DNA of 64,000 nt from Gemmatimonadaceae bacterium (lineage in GTDB: Bacteria; Gemmatimonadota; Gemmatimonadetes; Gemmatimonadales; Gemmatimonadaceae): positions 1 through 64,000 of the forward strand of contig JBGAJQ010000010.1 of the NCBI GenBank assembly GCA_044224875.1, written 5' to 3'. Each line of letters begins with the position of its first letter. The first letter of the stretch is position 1. A program made the position numbers and the translations under genes. The notes below the pieces were generated by a model. That model worked only from the letters and a program-made list of their open reading frames with translations. It searched no databases and was not told where the DNA came from. Positions 57,766-64,000 of this stretch are shown piece by piece.

Positions 57766-59478
57766 CTACTTGCAGACGGCTTTTCCAAGTTGATCCGAGT
57801 AGGCCGTGAGCTGGCCCAACCCGTCCATCATCGCCTTCGCCTGGTCAGGGAAGGCCCGTCCGCCGGCGGGAACGTGGATCTGCGCGTTCCCCAAATACCC
57901 CTGCGCTTTCTTCAGCGCATCGCAGCTCTTGTTCGGCGCCGCATCCGTCGTCAGGATCGTCTGGCCGATCGTGAGTTCGGTAGCACCCATAAGGAACTTG
58001 GCCGTTTCCGAGGCGCTCAGGGAGTCCGCCGCGTTCAGCACGCGCAGGGCGGCATCCCCATCGGCGACCGCCTTCGACGTCTGGAAGGCCTTGAACATGG
58101 CGTTCCCCTTCGTGAGCGCCATGCCGCCGGCAACTTTCTTGTCGTCTCCCGCTTCGACCGCCTTCCGCAGCGCGCCGAGCATCTCCTCGACCTTGTTCTG
58201 CTCGGAGTAGATCTGGGCGATCTGAAGGTTGACGCCCGGGGTCTTGGGATCCACCGCGATCACCTTGTTGAACGCCTCAATCGCCACGGGCCCCTGACCG
58301 GCCTGCCGAGCAAGCTGACCCTGAGTCATCAGCAAGGTGGTGTTCTGCGGGAACTTGGCCACGCCCTTGGACGCCGATTCAAACGCCTTGGCGAAATTGC
58401 TGTCGGCTACGTACGCCGCGATCTGGCGCTGCCAGAACGTCGTGTCGGCGAACGCCGTGTCGGTTTTCACCAGCTCTTCGCCAACGGCCGCCGCACCCTT
58501 CCAATCCTTCATGGCGCGATACACGGTCCACTGCAGGCGGATGAGGGAGGGATCGCCCGGATTCTGACGAACCGCTTCGTCGATGATCGGCTTGGCGATC
58601 TCCGGCTTGCCGGCCGCGCCCAAGGCGTTCACGACGGTTTCTTGCAGGCGCGCGTTCGTTGGATCCGCAGCGAGCAACGTGGTGAGCGTCGTGATGTACT
58701 TGTCCTCCATCTTTTTCTCGTTGTACGCGTCGGCAACGAGCGCCAGCGCACGACGATTTTGTGGATTGATCTTCAGGATCTCTTCCGAAATCTTGATGAT
58801 CGAATCCGCCCCGAACTTGCGCGTATTCGCGATTTCCAGCGAACAGACGCGGGCATACACACTGTTCGGGTAGTCCTTGAGCGAACGATCAATGTCCTTC
58901 GCGGCATCCTCAAACTTGTTCTGCCGCCAGTTGAGCATGCACGACTGACTTCCGGCCAGCTGCTTGCGAGACTTCTCGATTTCGTTCGAGAGCTGCTTGG
59001 CAATGTCGCCGAGCTTAGCCCCGGTGATCTTCGGCAGCGGTTGCACCATGCCGTCACCGCGCACGAGCAACATGCTCGCATCGAGCTCGAGACCACCCGC
59101 TGTCTTGCTGATCGTTCCGTCCACGTACTCTTCGGCGCGAAGTAGCTGCGCCAGCGCCCTGAGGTCGTTGGCGTTAAGCGCCTCGGTTTGAGAATACCCT
59201 GAGGCAACCAACGTGTTATCGATGTCTGACTTCGGGATGATCCACAGGGTGCGGAGCATGAAGTCATCACCCATCCGTTCTCGCACGGCCTCACCGGCCT
59301 GACGGCCTAAACCAGGCTCACTGGCCCGGAGAATTGGCACAAGGAACCGAGGACCGGGGGTTTGTCCGCGTTGCAGGGGGGCCTGCTGCTGCGCTCCCAA
59401 ACTACGCCCCATGCTACTGGCGACGAGCGCAATGGACATTGTCGTGATTGCGCGCGTCAAGCGCTGCCATGCCTTCAC
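57766..59478 (-). CDS. Secreted TPR-containing protein
   Basis: Signal peptide, N-terminal alpha/beta domain, repeated TPR-like helical hairpins (e.g. AIEAFNKVIAVDP). Confidence 0.85.
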   Translation of the reverse strand: MKAWQRLTRAITTMSIALVASSMGRSLGAQQQAPLQRGQTPGPRFLVPILRASEPGLGRQAGEAVRERMGDDFMLRTLWIIPKSDIDNTLVASGYSQTEALNANDLRALAQLLRAEEYVDGTISKTAGGLELDASMLLVRGDGMVQPLPKITGAKLGDIAKQLSNEIEKSRKQLAGSQSCMLNWRQNKFEDAAKDIDRSLKDYPNSVYARVCSLEIANTRKFGADSIIKISEEILKINPQNRRALALVADAYNEKKMEDKYITTLTTLLAADPTNARLQETVVNALGAAGKPEIAKPIIDEAVRQNPGDPSLIRLQWTVYRAMKDWKGAAAVGEELVKTDTAFADTTFWQRQIAAYVADSNFAKAFESASKGVAKFPQNTTLLMTQGQLARQAGQGPVAIEAFNKVIAVDPKTPGVNLQIAQIYSEQNKVEEMLGALRKAVEAGDDKKVAGGMALTKGNAMFKAFQTSKAVADGDAALRVLNAADSLSASETAKFLMGATELTIGQTILTTDAAPNKSCDALKKAQGYLGNAQIHVPAGGRAFPDQAKAMMDGLGQLTAYSDQLGKAVCK

Positions 59479-59565
59479 TTTGCTTACCTCCGAGACGTTG
59501 AACGTGCGATCAAGAAGTACCCCGACGATACTGTCGAGGTCCTGCGCTCACCTTACCCTGCACTA

Positions 59566-59639
59566 TGGGCGAAGAGGGACTCGAACCCCCGACTTCCTGC
59601 GTGTAAAGCAGGCGCTCTAACCAACTGAGCTATTCGCCC
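59566..59639 (-). tRNA. tRNA-Val(TAC), CCA not encoded
   Basis: GGGCGAATAGCTCAGTTGGTTAGAGCGCCTGCTTTACACGCAGGAAGTCGGGGGTTCGAGTCCCTCTTCGCCCA folds as a cloverleaf with anticodon TAC. Confidence 0.96.
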
Positions 59640-59724
59640 GCTTGGCCCTGCCGCCCCGCGCCCGTACTACCATGAACGAGAGAAAGTCGCGCTCCGCGGC
59701 GCGCCCGATATGTCGTTTCGAGAG

Positions 59725-59895
59725 CTACTTCAGAATCGCGATCGGAATGAGCACGCAATAACCAACGACCAGCAGAATCGGCGCGATCGTTTCCCCACCC
59801 CGCGCGAGGTCCGCAAACCCCAAGGCGATGGCGGCGATAGCAATGCCCCAAAACAAAAGTGGCCGCGAACGCGGCGACCGGCCAGCTTGAGCCAT
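59725..59895 (-). CDS. Small two-TM membrane protein (56 aa)
   Basis: Two hydrophobic helices. Same strand as its neighbours and fills the gap between them. Confidence 0.6.
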   Translation of the reverse strand: MAQAGRSPRSRPLLFWGIAIAAIALGFADLARGGETIAPILLVVGYCVLIPIAILK

Positions 59896-59960
59896 AAGCG
59901 ACGTAGTATGTCCATCAACGGCGATGCGTGTCAAGCACGCCCGACACAATCGGTTAGACG

Positions 59961-60971
59961 CTACGTGGGATCGCCCGGTTGTCCACCCAAATCCCGAGGT
60001 GGCGGCACGCTCTGAAGTAGCGCTTCGACGACTGCCTCGCGCTCAAGTCGTTCCTGCTCGGCCTCACGGATCCGCATGGCTTCCAGCCGCTCCTTGTCAC
60101 GATGTCGACGCATCAGATAGAGTGGCGTGATGAACACCAGCAGGACCAACACCGCGACCGTGAGATCAGCGAACAGCGCCAACGCGCCATACCGCCGCTT
60201 GGTCTGTTGCCTCCACCTCTGCTCGAAAGAACCCAACGTGATGCCGTAGGCCTCACGGACCGCGAGATCGAGCGAACCGGTCTTTGGCCAGTACGCGAAC
60301 AGCAGCGTCAGCCCGCGAGGTGGATCAAGCGACGCAAGGTCCGCGACGGCGCGGTACGCCAGCGCGTAAGCCGCCGTTGCGCGGGACGCTCCCACGGCAA
60401 AGCCGGCATCGAGTGAGTCGAGTGATGGCATACCACGCAGCGCGAGCACGACATTCGTGGCAAGTACCTCGTCCCTACCCCATTCATTGGCAGCGTAGCT
60501 GGCGTATCCCTCGTCGAACCAGCGCGGAGGTCGCGAGCCGAGGAACTCATGCAGCGCCAGGTGGGCCAGTTCGTGGCGCAGTGCGGCGACCGGATTTCCG
60601 GCGTCGGCGCCGGCGCGTGAACCCTGCATAACGATCCTTCGCTGGTCTGGAAATGCGAAGGCACTTCCCCACTCCGGCGCTGCGGGGCCAACGAATTCGC
60701 GAAAGCGACGACGGTCTCTGGCGACTACGATGAGGACGCGATCCTGCGGGCGCGGCAGTCCAGGGAAGGTGTCCGTGCGGACGATTGACGACAGCAGTGA
60801 TGCGGCCAGTCCGGCGTCCTGTTCCTCGGCAATGATGGAAAAGCGGCCTTGGTCGCGGCGCAGACCGGGGTATTGCGCGCGCAGTGCCGAACTTGCGGCA
60901 GCTAGCCCGAGCGCGATGGCGAGCCACCGCCCTCGACGACGGCCAGGATCTCCGCGCAGCGCTTGCCCCAT
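59961..60971 (-). CDS. Peptidase MA-like (gluzincin-type) membrane-anchored protein
   Basis: Signal peptide, RHELAH (HExxH), PRWFDEGYA, C-terminal TM with a charged tail. Start approximate. Confidence 0.8.
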   Translation of the reverse strand: MGQALRGDPGRRRGRWLAIALGLAAASSALRAQYPGLRRDQGRFSIIAEEQDAGLAASLLSSIVRTDTFPGLPRPQDRVLIVVARDRRRFREFVGPAAPEWGSAFAFPDQRRIVMQGSRAGADAGNPVAALRHELAHLALHEFLGSRPPRWFDEGYASYAANEWGRDEVLATNVVLALRGMPSLDSLDAGFAVGASRATAAYALAYRAVADLASLDPPRGLTLLFAYWPKTGSLDLAVREAYGITLGSFEQRWRQQTKRRYGALALFADLTVAVLVLLVFITPLYLMRRHRDKERLEAMRIREAEQERLEREAVVEALLQSVPPPRDLGGQPGDPT

Positions 60972-61771
60972 GGATTGAACTTGTTGGCCTGCAGTCCGTC
61001 TCGCCACGCCTGCAAGGCGCCGTCCTGATGCCCGCCGAACCATCGCGCGCGACCGAGGTGGTAGTGCGCCTCGACGAAATTGGGCCCGAGCGCTACCGCC
61101 TTACGGAAGAAGTTCTCGGCATCGTCGAACATCTCACGCTCGAAGTACAGCAGCCCCAGGTAGTAGTGGGCGTAGAGCACGGCCTTGCGATCGGAGTCGG
61201 AGCGGATGACCCGAGACAGGTGCTCGATGGCTTCGCCGAAGATGCCCTTCTTCAGGCAGATGTAGCCAACATTGACCCTGGCCAGCGCGTTGGCCGGATC
61301 GCGCAGGAGCACGCGTTGGAAGTGCTGCAACGCTTCGTCGAAGTGGTCCTGGAGCATCTGTGCCCATCCGAGCAACGCCTCGGCGTGGGTATCGCCTGGT
61401 ACCAGCTGCAACGCCTTTTCGAGGGCCGCTTCTGCCCCCTCGTACTCGCCGAGGGAAATCAGGCTCCAGCCTTTTTCTACGAAGGTGGACGCGTTCAGGT
61501 GGTCGGCGCGTGTCGGTGGAGCGGACGCCGGGGCCGTCGCGGTATCCTCACCGGCTAGGGTCTTCCAGCGGTCGACCAGCCCCTTGATCTCATCCTTGAG
61601 GGTGGTGAGGTCACCGATTTCCTTGTCGACGGCGCGGAACAGGGCGATGATCTCTGCCTTCAACTCATCGCGCTGAGTGAGGGCATCGGGTAGACCTAAC
61701 GCCTCCTCGATGCGCTGGAAGGCGTCCCTGTAGATGCCAGATCCCACGTCCGAGAACGACGCGTCAGCCAT
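60902..61771 (-). CDS. Cytoplasmic TPR protein with N-terminal coiled coil
   Basis: About five TPR repeats (e.g. AENFFRKAVALGP). No signal peptide. Overlaps cheW. Confidence 0.88.
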   Translation of the reverse strand: MADASFSDVGSGIYRDAFQRIEEALGLPDALTQRDELKAEIIALFRAVDKEIGDLTTLKDEIKGLVDRWKTLAGEDTATAPASAPPTRADHLNASTFVEKGWSLISLGEYEGAEAALEKALQLVPGDTHAEALLGWAQMLQDHFDEALQHFQRVLLRDPANALARVNVGYICLKKGIFGEAIEHLSRVIRSDSDRKAVLYAHYYLGLLYFEREMFDDAENFFRKAVALGPNFVEAHYHLGRARWFGGHQDGALQAWRDGLQANKFNPWGKRCAEILAVVEGGGSPSRSG

Positions 61772-62234
61772 CGCGGCGGGCCGGCTCGGCACTTGCCGCG
61801 GCTGGGGCAAACAATCGATCGACGTCGATCACGACCACCAGGTCGTCACCACGCCGCGTCATGCCGCGCATGGCGTCGGCAGCTCCACCACGAAAGAACG
61901 CCGGGGGCTCCTCGAGTGCACCGTCCGCGATCGGCCGGACGTCGAGGACCCCATCCACCACGACCGCCATCCATTCCTCTCCCGCTGACAGCACCAGCAC
62001 TCGCGATTGCCCGGCCGCACTCGCACCCTGGATGCCGAACCGGCGGCGCAAGTCCACCAATGGGACGGCACGACCCGCGTAGTCGATCACGCCCTCAATC
62101 CAGTCCGGCGTCCCCGGGACCCGGCGCGGCGCCTCATGGCGCAACACACGCTCGACGCGCTCCAGCGGGGCAGCAAACAAGTCCCGGCCCAGCCGGAACG
62201 TCACGATGCGTTGTACTTCGGCGTTCCCGCTCAT
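61764..62234 (-). CDS. cheW: Chemotaxis coupling protein CheW
   Basis: IVTFRLG..FA, VPGTPDWIEGVI, PLVDLRRRFG, VVDGV. Confidence 0.92.
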   Translation of the reverse strand: MSGNAEVQRIVTFRLGRDLFAAPLERVERVLRHEAPRRVPGTPDWIEGVIDYAGRAVPLVDLRRRFGIQGASAAGQSRVLVLSAGEEWMAVVVDGVLDVRPIADGALEEPPAFFRGGAADAMRGMTRRGDDLVVVIDVDRLFAPAAASAEPARRDG

Positions 62235-62758
62235 AGGGCGTCCGGAATGGGAGGGGTTTGACAGGCGGTCACCAGCGCGCGGGCATCGAGCACACCGATC
62301 ACTTGACGCTCACGCACGAGAAGTCCCAGCAGGATCTCATCCTCCCACACGCCTTCGGGACATTCGCGCAGTGAGCCGAACTCGATGTTCAGTACGTCTT
62401 CCACATCCGATACAGCGAGCCCGATGCGGCGATTCCCAGCGCGCATCACGAGCGCAGCCCCGAGCTCCCGGTCGTGGACATGCACGTCGAGAACTCTGGC
62501 CGCGTCATACAAGGGAAGAAACTGTGTTCCGTGCATGAACACGCCGAGCATTGTCGTGGTGGATTCTGGCACGCTGTGCACGTGTGGCTGCTCGACCGTC
62601 TCATCCACCGCTTGCAGGTCAATGGCGAATCGTTCGTTGGCGACGCGAAAGACGAGCAGATCGGCGGCGCCGACGCGCGCGCGCACCCGATCGCGAAAGC
62701 GCAGGGGCGCGCTGGGTGGTGCCGCCGCAACGTACGACGTCTCGGGAGATGAACTCAT
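62231..62758 (-). CDS. cheW: Second CheW-domain protein
   Basis: LLVFRVANERFAI, VP..MLGV, PLYD, IGLAVSDV, GVLD. Start approximate. Confidence 0.85.
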   Translation of the reverse strand: MSSSPETSYVAAAPPSAPLRFRDRVRARVGAADLLVFRVANERFAIDLQAVDETVEQPHVHSVPESTTTMLGVFMHGTQFLPLYDAARVLDVHVHDRELGAALVMRAGNRRIGLAVSDVEDVLNIEFGSLRECPEGVWEDEILLGLLVRERQVIGVLDARALVTACQTPPIPDAL

Positions 62759-62840
62759 CGATGCGACCTCCGTCGGTATGCGCGCGCCCGGAGGCTGCGC
62801 ACGGCGTGGCAATGCAGGGACAAGACGTAGGCGACCACCG

Positions 62841-63905
62841 TCAGCTCCTTCGCCCCGCCACGAGAGAAGCCGTTAGGCGGCCGGCCATGTCGCCGAGAGG
62901 CACGCTCTCGACCAGGCCCGCCGCCTCGATTGCGGCGCTGGGCATACCCCATACCGTGGACGTCGCGCGATCCTGAACCAGGACCTGGCCACCCGCGGCG
63001 CGGATCGCGCGACTTCCGTCCGCCCCATCCTTTCCCATGCCGGTGAGCACGACGCCGACCGCGGCCGCACCAAAGACCTTCGCCACGGAATGGAAGAGAA
63101 GATCGGCGGCCGGCCGCACACCCCACACCGGACCGTCTTCATCGATCGAGATCACGGCGCCTGCCCCGTGCTCGGCCGCACGGACGCGCATGTGTTTGCC
63201 GCCAGGGGCAACATATGCGACGTCGGCGTACACCGGTTCGCCGTGCACGGCCTGGTGCACGCTCCACGCCGACAGCTGATCGAGCCGGCGGGCTAGTGAG
63301 TCGGTGAAGCCGGGCGGCATGTGCTGGACGATGAACATCGCCGCACCGGCGCCACAGCGCATCGACGCCATGAGCTCACCTAACGCGCGGGGTCCGCCCG
63401 TGGACGCGGCCACCGCAATAGCGGTGTGAGCCTGCCCGGCCGGGAACGCCCCGACCGGTTTGCGCACCGGCGCGCGTTCGGCCACGGGGCCTCGCGGCAG
63501 GCGAACACTTCGTGCGGTACGAAGCGCCGAGAGGAGCCGGTCGCGAAGCGCGTGTGGGTCGAACGCGTCTACACGGCTGGGCTTGTGCACAAACTCGATC
63601 GCACCCAGCTCCAACGCACGAATGGTCAGGTCACCGCCGCGAGGGTCGTCCAAAGCGCTGAGCATGACCACCGGTCGCGGCGCCTCACGCATGATCGTGC
63701 TCAGCGCTTCCAGCCCATGCATGCCTGGCATGGCGACGTCGAGCGTGACGATGTCTGGATCCAACGCCTGCACCTGGGCGACGGCGTCTTCACCGTCGCG
63801 TGCCATGCCGGCCACCGTAAACTCGCCGCTGGCCGCAATCAGGTCCGCCACCACTTGGCGGACAAGAACCGAGTCGTCGACAACCAACACGCGGGGGACG
63901 GTCAC
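62841..63905 (-). CDS. cheB: Chemotaxis protein-glutamate methylesterase with receiver domain
   Basis: Receiver VLVVDDS..TLDVAMPGM. Esterase motifs ASTGGP, VQHMP, LTGMGKDG. Confidence 0.96.
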   Translation of the reverse strand: MTVPRVLVVDDSVLVRQVVADLIAASGEFTVAGMARDGEDAVAQVQALDPDIVTLDVAMPGMHGLEALSTIMREAPRPVVMLSALDDPRGGDLTIRALELGAIEFVHKPSRVDAFDPHALRDRLLSALRTARSVRLPRGPVAERAPVRKPVGAFPAGQAHTAIAVAASTGGPRALGELMASMRCGAGAAMFIVQHMPPGFTDSLARRLDQLSAWSVHQAVHGEPVYADVAYVAPGGKHMRVRAAEHGAGAVISIDEDGPVWGVRPAADLLFHSVAKVFGAAAVGVVLTGMGKDGADGSRAIRAAGGQVLVQDRATSTVWGMPSAAIEAAGLVESVPLGDMAGRLTASLVAGRRS

Positions 63906-64000
63906 AGGACGCGGTCCCCACGCTTGAGGGAGCGCACGTGCATGGTCCCGTCGGCGACGTCAAAGAACACGGACCGCCCGTGGTCCCCGCCGACGTCCTC
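63902..64000 (-). CDS. cheD: Chemoreceptor glutamine deamidase CheD (C-terminal fragment)
   Basis: Manual translation EDVGGDHGRSVFFDVADGTMHVRSLKRGDRVL* fits the CheD C-terminal DxGG..GR motif. Overlaps the cheB start. Confidence 0.8.
   Translation of the reverse strand, partial: EDVGGDHGRSVFFDVADGTMHVRSLKRGDRVL

Larger units (their letters stand above)
746..63384. repeat. Dispersed short motif (C)GTTAGG / CCTAAC(G), 36 hexamer copies counted
   Basis: Counted by eye on both strands. Positions are listed in the findings. Confidence 0.8.

Noticed and set aside
7070..59145. Long plus-strand ORFs (e.g. 7070-8344, 12631-14088, 14926-16167, 38662-40317, 42293-43594, 46000-47424, 57691-59145)
   Set aside because: They are antisense shadows of well-supported genes, expected at high GC, and carry no recognisable motifs.
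59479..59724. tRNA-Val as an integration site for a genomic island
   Set aside because: No integrase, no duplicated tRNA 3' end seen, and no compositional shift in the flanks.
746..63384. GTTAGGC/GCCTAAC as integron attC/attI core sites (GTTRRRY)
   Set aside because: Copies lie singly inside housekeeping genes. There are no paired R''/R' sites flanking hairpins, no cassette array and no integrase.
746..63384. Motif as a CRISPR, tandem or telomere-like (TTAGG) repeat
   Set aside because: It is only 6-7 bp, never tandem, irregularly spaced, and no cas genes are present.
1763..63384. bldA-like regulation through rare TTA codons
   Set aside because: The same DNA motif also occurs in other frames, on the opposite strand and between genes, so TTA is a by-product.

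Overview
This is a GC-rich (about 65% by eye) core-genome window, almost all on the minus strand. Gene order suggests a Gemmatimonadota bacterium (inference). Along the minus strand, from the right end leftwards, it holds: the end of a chemosensory cluster (cheD, cheB, two cheW, a TPR protein, an HExxH peptidase-like protein); tRNA-Val(TAC); a secreted TPR protein; the dcw cluster (rsmH to ftsZ, lacking mraZ, murB and ddl); an M23 peptidase, a VWA-like membrane protein, ftsY and recG; a plus-strand sensor kinase with lipoprotein; asnS, a DinB-like gene and plus-strand mazG; alr, deoB, cdd, an OM lipoprotein/beta-barrel pair, mtaB and miaB; comFB-like, comEC and DUF4157-like genes, then fbp; methylmalonyl-CoA mutase large subunit, fmdB-like, argS, pfkB-like and purM; the riboflavin genes with nusB; a GT4 gene, hpf, hprK, a complete mannose-family PTS with HPr and EI; and metK. 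I saw no mobile element, CRISPR array or prophage. The most striking unexplained signal is a dispersed non-palindromic motif, (C)GTTAGG / CCTAAC(G). I counted 36 hexamer copies by hand, 31 of them the full heptamer. They occur in both orientations and several reading frames inside housekeeping genes, where they force rare codons, which points to DNA-level selection (possibly uptake-sequence-like or HIP1-like). murE and mazG each carry a single-base frameshift, probably sequencing errors.
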